From positions 128,001 through 192,000 of the forward strand of contig CBDBZY010000031.1 of assembly GCA_965213685.1 (NCBI GenBank): 64,000 nucleotides of DNA. Direction: 5' to 3'. Under the pieces are notes generated by a model. That model worked only from the letters and a program-made list of their open reading frames with translations. It searched no databases and was not told the DNA's origin. The stretch comes from a bacterium (GTDB taxonomy: Bacteria > UBA8248). Positions 31,398 through 42,798 of this stretch are shown here, one piece after another; position 1 is the stretch's first letter; the number at the start of each line of letters is the position of its first letter. The position numbers and the translations under genes were made by a program.

Positions 31398-32684
31398 TTG
31401 TTGGACATTCGCCTTATCAGAAACGATCCGGAAGGGGTGGCGCGCGCCCTCGCCCGCAGGGGCGGTGCCTGGGGCATCCCGGAGGTGCTGGAAATCGACG
31501 CCCGAAGACGGGACTTAACCCATCGGGTCGAGAGCCGGGTGGCCGAGGTGAGAAAACGCAGCAAGAAAATCGGGGAGCTCAAGCGCAACAAGGCGTCCGA
31601 TGAGGAGGTGGCGGCGTTTCTGAACGAGAGTCACCGATTGACGGCCGAGGCCAAATCCCTGGAGGGAGAGCTCGCGGGCCTCGCGCAAAAGCAGAACGAC
31701 CTCCTCCTCGGCCTGCCCAACGTGCCGCATGCAACCACGCCCGACGGACAAGGCCCGGCCGAGAATGCCCTCCTGAGAGTCTCGGGCGAGAGGCCGGCTT
31801 TCGACTTCCCCCCCAAGCCGCACGACGAGCTGGGCGACGCCCTCGGCATTCTGGACATGAAGCGCGCCGCAAAAATAGCCGGTGCGCGCTTTGCGCTATA
31901 CCGGGGGGCGGGCGCGCGCCTGGAGCGCGCCTTGATCAACTTCATGCTCGATCTGCATACGAGCGCGCACGGCTACACCGAGTGGCTTCCGCCGTTCATG
32001 GTGAACCCCAAGGCCATGACGGGCACTGGCCAGCTGCCCAAGTTCGAGGAGGACCTCTTTCGGGTGGACGACGGGCGATACTACCTGATCCCCACCGCCG
32101 AGGTCCCCATCACCAACATCCACCGGGAAGAAATTCTCGACGGGCGGGATTTGCCGCTCAAATACACGGCCTACACCCCCTGTTTTCGCAGCGAGGCGGG
32201 CTCCTACGGCCAGGACACGCGCGGCCTCATCCGCCAGCATCAGTTCAACAAGGTGGAGCTCGTCCAGTTCAGCCGGCCGGACGGGAGCTATGAGGAGCTG
32301 GAAAACCTGACGGCCGACGCCGAAGAGGTGCTGAGGCACCTGGGGCTGCACTACCGGGTCGTCACGCTGTGCGCGGGAGACCTCGGGTTCTCGGCCGCCA
32401 AAACGTATGACATCGAAGTCTGGGTCCCCTCCCAGAACACGTACCGCGAAATCTCCTCCTGCAGCAACTTTGAGGATTTTCAGGCCAGGCGCGCCGCGAT
32501 TCGCTTTCGCCCGCAGCCGGGGGCCAAACCCGAATTCGTCCACACGCTGAACGGCTCCGGCCTCGCCGTCGGTCGCACCCTGGTGGCGATTCTGGAGAAC
32601 TTCCAGAGAGCCGACGGAAGCGTGGAGATACCCGAAGCCCTGAGAGCCTACATGGGCGGGCGGGAGAGGATTGTGGCTGCCTGA
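31398..32684 (+). CDS. serS: Seryl-tRNA synthetase
   Basis: [61 protein letters not shown]. Confidence 0.97.
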   Translation: MLDIRLIRNDPEGVARALARRGGAWGIPEVLEIDARRRDLTHRVESRVAEVRKRSKKIGELKRNKASDEEVAAFLNESHRLTAEAKSLEGELAGLAQKQNDLLLGLPNVPHATTPDGQGPAENALLRVSGERPAFDFPPKPHDELGDALGILDMKRAAKIAGARFALYRGAGARLERALINFMLDLHTSAHGYTEWLPPFMVNPKAMTGTGQLPKFEEDLFRVDDGRYYLIPTAEVPITNIHREEILDGRDLPLKYTAYTPCFRSEAGSYGQDTRGLIRQHQFNKVELVQFSRPDGSYEELENLTADAEEVLRHLGLHYRVVTLCAGDLGFSAAKTYDIEVWVPSQNTYREISSCSNFEDFQARRAAIRFRPQPGAKPEFVHTLNGSGLAVGRTLVAILENFQRADGSVEIPEALRAYMGGRERIVAA

Positions 32685-32773
32685 ACGGCTCGTCCGTTCT
32701 TCATCCGCCGTCGCGCGCCATGGTCGCGCGCCATGCTAGTATGGTTCCGGAGTTTCCGCCTCCCGGGGTGTGC

Positions 32774-32859
32774 GGAGGGATGGCCGAGCGGCCGAAGGCG
32801 GTGGTCTTGAAAACCACTGAGCGAAAGCTCCGGGGGTTCGAATCCCTCTCCCTCCGCCA
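32774..32859 (+). tRNA. tRNA-Ser (anticodon TGA)
   Basis: GGAGGGA/TCCCTCC acceptor stem, G73-CCA, anticodon loop CT-TGA-AA, long variable arm, GGTTCGAATCC. Confidence 0.95.
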
Positions 32860-32949
32860 TGGAAAACGCCGGATGCGGCAGGTCGGGAATCCTCCGGACG
32901 GCGGGGATAGCCGCCGGAGAGGTTGTGCGATAGAATGAGCACCCCGCAC

Positions 32950-33041
32950 GGAGAGATGGCCGAGTGGCTGAAGGCGCTCGCCTGCTAAGCGAGTAGGCTG
33001 GGAAACTGGCCTCGAGGGTTCGAATCCCTCTCTCTCCGCCA
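32950..33041 (+). tRNA. tRNA-Ser (anticodon GCT)
   Basis: GGAGAGA/TCTCTCC acceptor stem, GCCA end, anticodon loop CT-GCT-AA, long variable arm. Confidence 0.95.
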
Positions 33042-33190
33042 TCGTTGCCCCGGCACAGGGGGCGTTTCTCGCTCTCCCGCGCGCCTTGCCGCCTCATGAG
33101 ATCCCGGGGAGGAGAGGCCCGCGCGCGTTCGCTTCCGGTGCGGGGCCGCGCATCCCTCCTCCCCCCGGCGATGTGGATGGAGACGGCGTC

Positions 33191-33727
33191 TTGGACACGG
33201 CAGGCAAGGCTGGGCAGACCGCGCGACGCAACTTCTTTCGCATGGACGTGGTCCAGAGGCTCCCCATCCCGTTGGACGCCGCCTGGGCGTTTTTCTCCGA
33301 CCCCCGGAATCTGCGGGAGATCACGCCGCCCGAACTCCACCTGGTCGTGGAGAATGCGCTTCCCTCGAGAATGCACGCAGGCATGCTCATTCGCTATCGG
33401 GTCAGGCCTGTTTGGCGGATTTCCATCCACTGGACAACGGAGATCACCCACGTGGAGGAGGGTCGCCTCTTTGTGGACGAGCAACGCTTCGGCCCCTATC
33501 GCTTCTGGCATCACCAGCACCATTTTCACGTCATCGAGGGCGGCGTCGAGATGCGGGACGTCATCCACTACATGCTGCCGCTGCTGGGGCCTTTGTCATT
33601 CCTGGCCGACCGCCTCGTCGTGCGCCCGAGGCTTCGCCACATCTTCGCTTATCGCGAAGAGGTGCTCGCGCAGCGCTTCGGGCGCATGGCTGACGACGCC
33701 GGGTCCCCGACGACATGCGGAGGTTGA
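33191..33727 (+). CDS. SRPBCC family protein
   Basis: AWAFFSDPRNL..ITPP, W.TEIT, FVDEQRFGPYRFWHHQHHF, IFAYR; start inferred. Confidence 0.82.
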   Translation: MDTAGKAGQTARRNFFRMDVVQRLPIPLDAAWAFFSDPRNLREITPPELHLVVENALPSRMHAGMLIRYRVRPVWRISIHWTTEITHVEEGRLFVDEQRFGPYRFWHHQHHFHVIEGGVEMRDVIHYMLPLLGPLSFLADRLVVRPRLRHIFAYREEVLAQRFGRMADDAGSPTTCGG

Positions 33728-33823
33728 TGCCCCGTCCCATGCCTGCCAGGATTCGTGGATTATTCTTCCCCCCCATACGATCGGGAAAACGCCCTCTCTC
33801 ATGCCGCTACCCTGGAGATGCCC

Positions 33824-34651
33824 ATGAAAATCTTCCTCGCCCTGGTCGTCTGGCTCTTCCTGGCGCCGGTCTCTCTCGCGCAAGAAATACAAAGGGAAAA
33901 ACCCACCAACCCGATCCTCTTGATGAAAACCAATTTTGGAGACGTCTTCATCGAAATGTTTCCCGAAGAGGCGCCCAGAACGGTGGCGAATTTCATCGAA
34001 CTCGCCACGGGGAGGCGCGAATTCACCGACGAGAGGACAAAAAAGAAAGTGAAACGCCCGTTTTACGACGGCCTGACGTTTCACCGCGTCATCAAAAAAT
34101 TCATGATCCAGGGAGGCGACCCCCGGGGGAACGGAACCGGAGGCCCCGGCTACCGCTTTGCGGATGAAATCAACGCGGACGCCCTCGGCCTGCACAAGCT
34201 ACAGGCGATGCGGGACGGCCGCCCCCACGTTTTTCTGTCCATCCAAACCCGGAGCGACTTCCGGCGCCGCCTGCTGCACCCCTTGTTCTACAAGATGGGC
34301 ATTCGCTCCCGGGACGACCTCGACAAGCGCATGGACGAGGTGAGCGACCGTCTCCAGAAGCTCACGCTGAAGGACGCCTACGAGAACATGGGCTATCGCT
34401 TCACGGACAAACTCCCATCGCGCCCGCCCCGAAAAGGCGTGCTCGCGATGGCGAACTCCGGCCCCAACACGAACGGCTCGCAGTTTTTCATCAACCTGGC
34501 GGACACGCCCTGGCTCACCGGGAAGCACACGGTTTTCGGCAAGGTCGCGAGGGGGATGAGCGTGGTGGAGGAGATCGGCGAAACGCCCGTGGGAGCAGAC
34601 AACGCCCCCAAAAAAGAAGTTACCATCGTCTCGATTCGGATGCGCCCCTGA
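33824..34651 (+). CDS. Exported cyclophilin-type peptidyl-prolyl isomerase with a large internal insertion
   Basis: FHRVIKKFMIQGGDP, LAMANSGPNTNGSQFFI, HTVFGKV; ~85-aa insert after GYRFADEI. Confidence 0.92.
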   Translation: MKIFLALVVWLFLAPVSLAQEIQREKPTNPILLMKTNFGDVFIEMFPEEAPRTVANFIELATGRREFTDERTKKKVKRPFYDGLTFHRVIKKFMIQGGDPRGNGTGGPGYRFADEINADALGLHKLQAMRDGRPHVFLSIQTRSDFRRRLLHPLFYKMGIRSRDDLDKRMDEVSDRLQKLTLKDAYENMGYRFTDKLPSRPPRKGVLAMANSGPNTNGSQFFINLADTPWLTGKHTVFGKVARGMSVVEEIGETPVGADNAPKKEVTIVSIRMRP

Positions 34652-34685
34652 TCGTCGCTCCGGGCCGGGACGCGCTCCGTGGGCG

Positions 34686-35294
34686 CTACATCTCCCGACG
34701 TCCTTCCAGGGATTTGGTGAGCGTCATCTCGTCGGCGTATTCCAGATGACTCCCCATCGGCAGGCCGTGCGCCAACTGCGTGACGCGCACGCCGAGCGGC
34801 TTCAGCAGCTGGGCGAGATACAGGGAGGTACCCTCGCCCGCCATGTTGGGGTTGAGAGCCAAGATCACCTCCCTCACCTCATCGCGCCTCACGCGCTCCA
34901 CCAGCTGGGGGATGGTGAGATCCTCAGGCTCCACGCCGTCGAGGGGAGATATGACGCCCATCAGCACATGGTAGCGGCCCTGCACGCCCCCCGCGCGCTC
35001 CACCGCAAACACGTCGGCCGGCTCCTCCACCACGCAGATGACGCCGGGCTCCCGCCCACGGCAGACTGGGCAGTCGCTCCCGCCGGCTTCGCCTTCCACC
35101 AACATCGAGCAGGTGGCGCACAGGCCCACCCTCTCGTGAAGCCCGGCGCACGATGCGGCAATTCTGCCGGCGGCCTCCGGGTCTTTGCCGAGCAGATGAA
35201 AAACGATTCTTTGCGCGCTCTTGGGGCCGATGCCCGGCAGGCGCCGAAACGCCTCGATGCACTCCTCTATCGCCGGAAACTGGTTCAGTCGCAT
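34686..35294 (-). CDS. recR: Recombination protein RecR
   Basis: LPGIGPKSAQR, C4 zinc finger, ICVVEE, YHVL.G..SP, GLPMG..LEYAD. Confidence 0.95.
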   Translation of the reverse strand: MRLNQFPAIEECIEAFRRLPGIGPKSAQRIVFHLLGKDPEAAGRIAASCAGLHERVGLCATCSMLVEGEAGGSDCPVCRGREPGVICVVEEPADVFAVERAGGVQGRYHVLMGVISPLDGVEPEDLTIPQLVERVRRDEVREVILALNPNMAGEGTSLYLAQLLKPLGVRVTQLAHGLPMGSHLEYADEMTLTKSLEGRREM

Positions 35295-35505
35295 GGGGCG
35301 CTCTCATTGCGTTTCTGAAAACGGCGACGCAAAAACGACGGCGGAGGCGAACGAGTGCCGCCAACCGGGGAGCGGGCGCCGCCCATTCCCCACAAAGCAC
35401 AGCCTCGCCACATATCCCGCGCGGCGGACGGAAACGGCCTCGGCGAGAACCTCGTTTCGGCAACCCCGGCTCCCCCCGGGGGGCGCCTGCGGCCGGCCCG
35501 CCAGT

Positions 35506-35823
35506 TCAGAACAGGCCGGGAATGCGCATGCCGCCTGTGAGCTTCTTCATCTGCTCGGCCATCATGTCCCTGCCTTTTTTCAACGCCTCATTGCAGGCGG
35601 CGCGCACCAAATCCTCGAGCATCTCCACATCGTCCCGGTCCACCACCTGCGGGTCTATCTTCACCGAGACCACATCGCCCGCGCCATTGGCGGTGACGTT
35701 CACCATGCCGCCGCCGGCGGAGGCCTCCACCGTTTTATCCGCCATCTCTTTCTGGATGCTCGCCATTTTGTCCTGGAGCTGGCGCGTCTGCTTCATCAAA
35801 TTGCCGATGCCGCCCTTTAGCAT
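35506..35823 (-). CDS. ybaB: YbaB/EbfC nucleoid-associated protein
   Basis: ASAGGGMV, DVEMLEDLV, TGG..IPGLF; lies between dnaX and recR. Confidence 0.95.
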   Translation of the reverse strand: MLKGGIGNLMKQTRQLQDKMASIQKEMADKTVEASAGGGMVNVTANGAGDVVSVKIDPQVVDRDDVEMLEDLVRAACNEALKKGRDMMAEQMKKLTGGMRIPGLF

Positions 35824-35883
35824 TGGAACCTCCCCGATATATTATCCCCTCGCCACGCACGATATGGGATTTTCGTCCGGCTT

Positions 35884-37584
<1,701 letters not shown>

Positions 37585-37656
37585 CCGGAATCCATCCCAA
37601 ACGATTGAACGAATTCGGCCCTGGAGATGGAGCGTCCTGTATGAAAAACGCGCGAA

Positions 37657-37792
37657 TCCTGCGATGGAGACGACCGGCCAGGCGCCCTCGTGGCGCCCGG
37701 GAGTATCCGCTTACCGCTGCTTCCTTCCGGACCTGACGGGGTTCACAGGCTCCCGCCGCACGAGACCCGACCGGCCGTCTTCATCGCAGGCT
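37657..37792 (-). ncRNA. ffs: Signal recognition particle RNA (4.5S)
   Basis: Reverse strand contains GAACCCCGTCAGGTCCGGAAGGAAGCAGCGG (helix 8) within a long closing stem; canonical position upstream of dnaX. Ends approximate. Confidence 0.9.
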
Positions 37793-38049
37793 CCCACCGG
37801 AAATCCTACCCCGGACTCCGGTTTTTGGGAAGCGGGGAATCGCCATTGCGGAGGGGACGAACCCGGGGGCGGACGCTCTCCTGCGGCGTGGGCGGGAAAA
37901 CCATGCGGGAGATCAGAAATTTTCCGGCGGGATGCAAAAATCCCCCGTTTCGCATAAGATGAACTTCTCCCGGCCACGAAGCGCACAACAGACTCCCGGG
38001 CGCGTATCGACATTCCCGCGCCTCCGAAAACAAGAAAGGCCGCAGCCTC

Positions 38050-38913
38050 ATGTCACGCTCCAGCGTCACCGAACTTGCCGAGGGGAAAGTCTACGCTTTC
38101 CAGAATACGTTTCCCCTCGACGGCCGAATCAGCGCCTATCCCATCAGCGCGCGCGGTCATACCGCCTCGAACTGCTATCTCCTGAAAGAAGATGCGGGTG
38201 CGCTTCTGCTCGATACCGGCTACGCCGCCCACGAGGACAAAATCCTGGAGCAGCTCGGCTCCGTCCTCGACCCCGACACGCCGCTGTCGATGCTTCCCCT
38301 ACGCATCAACGAATTCATGTCGGTGGGCAACGCCATGGCGATCGCCAAGCGGTTCCACGTGGTGGAATGCTTCGCCGGCGTGCCGAAAATCAACGAATGG
38401 CTGGAATTTGAAACGATTGACCCGGAGGGCGGGAACAGGGGGACTCCCACCCTGCACACCACGATACTGCGGCCGCTCCACCCCTTCGAGATCGGCGACC
38501 GGTATATCGAGGTGATGAATGCGCCGATCCGCCTCATCAGCACCCGCTGGATTTACGATGCGGCCACCCGCACGCTGTTCACCTCGGACATGTTCACCCA
38601 CATCTGGCAGGAAACGGCCGATGGCCCCTGGGTGCTGGAGGAAGACGACGTCACCACGTCCGCCTTCGTCCGCTCGTTTTTGCTGAACACCCGCTACTGG
38701 TGGCTGGAGGGGGCGAAGACGGACGGGCTGCGAAAAAACATCGCCGACGTCTTCCATCGGTATGAAATCGAAACCATCGCCCCGGGCTATGGCGCCATCT
38801 TGCGCGGGCGGCGTCTGGTCGAGCGTCAATTCTCGGTGCTGGACGAGGTTCTCGCCGGTCTCGACCGGGAAATCATCGCTCCGCAATACGTCGCACTCGG
38901 CCTGGAGAGATAG
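38050..38913 (+). CDS. MBL-fold/flavodiiron-like protein lacking the canonical metal motif
   Basis: NCYLL...LLLDTG, WIYD...TLFTSDMF, IAPGYG; LRINEF sits where HxExxH is expected. Confidence 0.65.
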   Translation: MSRSSVTELAEGKVYAFQNTFPLDGRISAYPISARGHTASNCYLLKEDAGALLLDTGYAAHEDKILEQLGSVLDPDTPLSMLPLRINEFMSVGNAMAIAKRFHVVECFAGVPKINEWLEFETIDPEGGNRGTPTLHTTILRPLHPFEIGDRYIEVMNAPIRLISTRWIYDAATRTLFTSDMFTHIWQETADGPWVLEEDDVTTSAFVRSFLLNTRYWWLEGAKTDGLRKNIADVFHRYEIETIAPGYGAILRGRRLVERQFSVLDEVLAGLDREIIAPQYVALGLER

Positions 38914-38921
38914 GAGCTCCC

Positions 38922-39683
38922 ATGAATCGTCCCCTGCCCCGTGAAATCTCGCCCGGCGTCTTCTGGCTCGGCGACTGCCTCGTGCAACACTCCAAAGGAA
39001 AAATATACCACTCCTACAACGCGGCTTTCCTCGTCATCGGCTCAGAGGCTTCCATGCTCGTGGAAACGGGACATCCCAAAGATTTTCCCGTCATCGAGCG
39101 ACAGATGAGAGAAATCCTGGCACGGGGGGGCGGAGAGCTCCGGCACCTGTTCCTGACCCATCAGGAAACCCCGCATTCGGGCGGTCTGGGCCGCGTGCTC
39201 GACCGATACCCGCACCTCACCATCCACGGCGACATGTGCGACTACCACCTGGCTTTCCCGCAACATGCGGATCGCTTCCGGGCCATGGCGGTCGGCGACG
39301 CCATCGACCTGGGAGATCGCCGGTTCATGGCGGTGGAGCCGGTCATCCGGGACTTGCGAAGTTCTCTTTGGGGATTCGAGACCAGCGGGCGCGTCCTCTT
39401 TCCCGGGGACGGCTTCGCCTACAGCCACTACCATACGGACGGACATTGCGGGCTGTTCGCCGAGGAGGCCAAATCCCTGGATCTGGTCGACGTCCTGGGA
39501 GTGTTCGCAGAGCGCGCCTTGTTTTGGACCACGTTCACCGACATGAACGTCTATGCGGACAAGCTCGAGGAGCTGATGGACGCGCTGGGCGTCCGCGTGG
39601 TCGCACCCACACACGGACTCCCGATAAGAGACATCGCCCGCACCATGCCCAAGGTCAGGGAAGGCCTCGTCAGGGGGGAATGA
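38922..39683 (+). CDS. MBL-fold/flavodiiron-like (ODP-like) metallo-protein
   Basis: YNAAFLV, LVETG, THQETPHSGG, LFPGDGF, APTHG. Confidence 0.72.
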   Translation: MNRPLPREISPGVFWLGDCLVQHSKGKIYHSYNAAFLVIGSEASMLVETGHPKDFPVIERQMREILARGGGELRHLFLTHQETPHSGGLGRVLDRYPHLTIHGDMCDYHLAFPQHADRFRAMAVGDAIDLGDRRFMAVEPVIRDLRSSLWGFETSGRVLFPGDGFAYSHYHTDGHCGLFAEEAKSLDLVDVLGVFAERALFWTTFTDMNVYADKLEELMDALGVRVVAPTHGLPIRDIARTMPKVREGLVRGE

Positions 39684-39797
39684 GGCCCCCGGGGGGAGGG
39701 GGGCCGCCGGCTTGCCGCGTCCGCCCGTCCAGACGGATTCGGCCCGGGCGCGCGCATCAGCCACCGCCCATCCCCCCTCCGCAAGGCTCCCCCCCTC

Positions 39798-40196
39798 CTA
39801 GACGTCCTCCACCAGCTCCCACAGCGTGCCCATCGTGCTCTTGGGCTGGATGAAGGCGATGAGATGCCCGCCAAAGCCGGGCCTTGACTTCTCGTCGATG
39901 AGCTCGAAGCCCTGCGCTTTCAAGTCGGCCAGGACGCCGTCAATGTTTTTCACGTCAAAGGCCACGTGGTGGATGCCCTCGCCGCGCTCCTCGATAAATT
40001 TGGCGAGACTCGTCCCTTCCCGAAGAGGCGAGATGGGCTCCACGAGGTCGCCTCCCAAGTCCAGCATCGCCAGATCGGTCGCGCCATCGCTGGAAGTCTC
40101 CCTTGCGAGCAGCTGCGCTCCCATGCTTTCGTACAGGGCGATGGCGGCGTCCATGTCCCGCACCGCAACCCCGATGTGATGCACCTTGTTGAACAT
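39798..40196 (-). CDS. VOC-family protein, methylmalonyl-CoA epimerase-like
   Basis: HHIGVAV, KFIEERGEGIHHVAF, LIDEKSRPG, GTLWELVE. Confidence 0.82.
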   Translation of the reverse strand: MFNKVHHIGVAVRDMDAAIALYESMGAQLLARETSSDGATDLAMLDLGGDLVEPISPLREGTSLAKFIEERGEGIHHVAFDVKNIDGVLADLKAQGFELIDEKSRPGFGGHLIAFIQPKSTMGTLWELVEDV

Positions 40197-40220
40197 GTTC
40201 GCACTCCCTCCCCGGCAGGC

Positions 40221-40299
40221 CGCGGCAGGCTTGGGCTCCGCCTCCGCCGCTCCAGACGTTGATGATGGGCCGGCCGCGCGCGGCAGGCTTGGGCTCCGC
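40221..40299. repeat. 21-bp direct repeat, two copies
   Basis: CGCGGCAGGCTTGGGCTCCGC at 40221-40241 and 40279-40299. Confidence 0.85.
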
Positions 40300-40460
40300 T
40301 CGTATTTGTATCATCCTTCCTGTTTTGCGTCTCGTCTTCGCTCCCTGGATGAGGCCCCGGCCGGATTCTCCCGCCGGAAACTATACTTATACCAGCGTTT
40401 GCCATATACTGGCTTCCTGCCTGAAATGATGGAAACAACATGCGCATGAGGAGAAGATTC

Positions 40461-41021
40461 ATGGAAGGTCCCGTTGATGGACACAGCACGTCGACCGTTC
40501 CGGGCGAGCGCGTCATAGACAAGCCGGAACTCCCCCTCAAAGGGCTGTATACGGACAACACCGTCCACGCGGAGATGGTGGAGGGCTCCTTGCAGCTGAA
40601 ACGCGGCACCGCCGGGGAGTTCGAGATATTTTGTGACGAGGGTGCGCACATTGGCGGAACGGCCCGGTATCCCACGCCGATGGCCTATCTGGCGATGGCG
40701 ACGGGATTCTGACTGCTCACCCAGGTGTCGCGGTACGCGCACATGATGAAGCTGACCATCAAAGGGGCGAGCGTCTCGGTTCGGTTCAGAAAAATTCTGG
40801 GCGGCTCCGTTCTGAAGGGAACCGTGTTCAACAAATGGGAGGGCGTGGACACGCATCTGCGGGTGGAATCGGACGAGCCGGAAGAGAAGCTCGCCCATCT
40901 GATAAAAAACGCCAAGAATGGCTGCTTCGCAGAGTGCCTCATCACGGAGCCAGTGCCCCTGACCTCCACCGTGGAAGTGAACGGCAAGCCATTCAGAATC
41001 GAGGGCATAACCGCCGACTAG
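40461..41021 (+). CDS. OsmC-like protein, predicted selenoprotein (TGA at 40710)
   Basis: FCDEGAHIGG...PTPMAYLAMATGF-U-LLTQ...AKNGCFAE in one frame; GAGGAG RBS; SECIS-like hairpin. Confidence 0.87.
40725..40742 (+). promoter_or_regulatory. Putative bacterial SECIS hairpin (OsmC-like gene)
   Basis: GTG-T-CGCG-GTA-CGCG-CAC: 12 nt after UGA, 5' bulged U and apical GU, similar to the E. coli fdhF SECIS layout. Confidence 0.7.
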
Positions 41022-41120
41022 CCCTTGCCCGATACTCAAAAAGGCTCTTGAGTGCTCCACCCAAGAGCGTAGCGCCTTCGTCAGACATTCCATTTTTTGC
41101 CCATCACCGGAGGAATGGCA

Positions 41121-42674
41121 ATGTACGGATTCATCATGCGCGTTGTTCTGCTCGCGACCGTGGCGACCATGGTTTGGGAGGCGGCCCCTCGCCAGTCATA
41201 CGCCGGCAAGAAAGACGACACGCTCGTCGTCGCCCTCCAGCGCGGGATACGCTCGCTCGACAGGCTGTACACCCGAAGGCGCGAGGGGCTGATCTTTGCC
41301 CAGCTGACGGACGACGGCCTGTTTTACGCGGACCCCAAAACGCTCCGATTCATTCCCCTGGCGGCGAAGTCCCACAAATTCCTGGATCCGAAAACGCTGG
41401 ACGTCACCGTGCGCGAGGGGGTGAAATTCCACGACGGCAGCCCCCTGAACGCCGATGACGTCGTCTACACGTACAACTGGGTGCTCAACAAAAAGAGCAA
41501 GTCCCGCAACACCAAGCGCGTCAGGCGCTGGCTGAAAAGCGTCGAGAAGGTGGGGCCCATGAAAGTCCGCTTCCGGCTGAAGCGCCCCTACCCCCTGGCG
41601 CTTCGGGATATGGCCATCTCCATTTACCTGAGGAAAAAGAACGCCTATCACGCAGGCGGCGGAAAACGAGGAAACCGCAAGGCGATGACGAATGCGCTGA
41701 ACGGTTTGGGGCCATACAGGGTGGTGGATTTCGACCCGGGAAAGCGAATCGTCCTGGAGCGCTTTGAGGGGTATTACAGGTCCAGCCCCAAGCCGTTTCC
41801 CGCCATCAGGAGGATAGAGGCGCGGACCATTCCGGACTGGGGAACCCAGCAGGCGGAACTCATGAGCGGCGGCGTGCAATGGATGTACAGCGTGCCCACG
41901 GACATCGCGGAGAACATCGGCAAAACGCCGCTGGCGCAACACATCGCCGGCCCCTCCCTGCGCGTCGGGTTCGTCATCCTGGACGCCATCGGCTACACGG
42001 GGAGAAACAACCCGCTGACGAAGCTGGAAGTTCGCCAGGCGATGAACCACGCCATCAACCGCGAGGCGATCGTCCGGCACATCGTGAAAGGCTCCTCGAA
42101 GGTCATCCACTCCGCATGCCATCCGGTGCAGTTCGGCTGCGCCCAGGACGTGAAGAAATACGACTACAACCCGCAGAAAGCGAAAGCGCTCCTGGCAAAG
42201 GCGGGATACGAAAACGGATTCGCGTTTGAGCTGTGGGCGTATCGCGAAAAAAGCGTGGCCGAGGCCATCACGGCCGACCTCCACAAGGTCGGCATCCGCG
42301 CCAAGCTGCGCTACGTGAAGCTCTCCACGCTGTCGAGAGCGAGAAAGAGCAGGGAGATTCCCGCGTATTTCGCCACCTGGGGCTCCGGCAGCACTGCGGA
42401 CACCGCCGCCATCGCCACCTTCCATTTCTCGCCGACGACGAACAGGAACCTCTCCCGGGACAAGGAGGTGGAAAAATACGTCATGGCGGCGGAGGGGACG
42501 CTGGACCCCGCGAAACGCAAAGAGGCCTACGCCCGCGCCCTCCGGCTCATCGCGGAAAGGGCGCTGTGGATTCCCCTGTACTCTTTTACGCTCAACTACC
42601 TGACGTCCAACGATCTGGCGTTCGAGGCACCCAAGGACGGCCTGCCCAGATTGTTTCTCGCAAGGTGGAAATAG
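41121..42674 (+). CDS. ABC transporter substrate-binding protein, family 5 (peptide/nickel type)
   Basis: VREGVKFHDGSPLNADDVVYT, GLGPY, VRQAMNHAINRE. Confidence 0.92.
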   Translation: MYGFIMRVVLLATVATMVWEAAPRQSYAGKKDDTLVVALQRGIRSLDRLYTRRREGLIFAQLTDDGLFYADPKTLRFIPLAAKSHKFLDPKTLDVTVREGVKFHDGSPLNADDVVYTYNWVLNKKSKSRNTKRVRRWLKSVEKVGPMKVRFRLKRPYPLALRDMAISIYLRKKNAYHAGGGKRGNRKAMTNALNGLGPYRVVDFDPGKRIVLERFEGYYRSSPKPFPAIRRIEARTIPDWGTQQAELMSGGVQWMYSVPTDIAENIGKTPLAQHIAGPSLRVGFVILDAIGYTGRNNPLTKLEVRQAMNHAINREAIVRHIVKGSSKVIHSACHPVQFGCAQDVKKYDYNPQKAKALLAKAGYENGFAFELWAYREKSVAEAITADLHKVGIRAKLRYVKLSTLSRARKSREIPAYFATWGSGSTADTAAIATFHFSPTTNRNLSRDKEVEKYVMAAEGTLDPAKRKEAYARALRLIAERALWIPLYSFTLNYLTSNDLAFEAPKDGLPRLFLARWK

Positions 42675-42798
42675 GGAAGAGCGCGTTTGCTGCGGAACGT
42701 CATCCGCCAAACCGGCCCGTCCGGGAGGGGCGCGCGCGTCTTCCTGGATGGACGAGAGGGCGTTGCGTGAACGACCTCCCGGGTGAGGGAATCCCGCC

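Noticed and set aside
32774-32859. tRNA with TGA in the anticodon loop as a possible tRNA-Sec or UGA suppressor
   Set aside because: Anticodon TGA reads UCA (Ser). tRNA-Sec needs anticodon TCA and a longer acceptor stem; this one has a normal 7-bp stem.
40221-40299. Mini-CRISPR
   Set aside because: Only two 21-bp copies, with no leader or cas genes.
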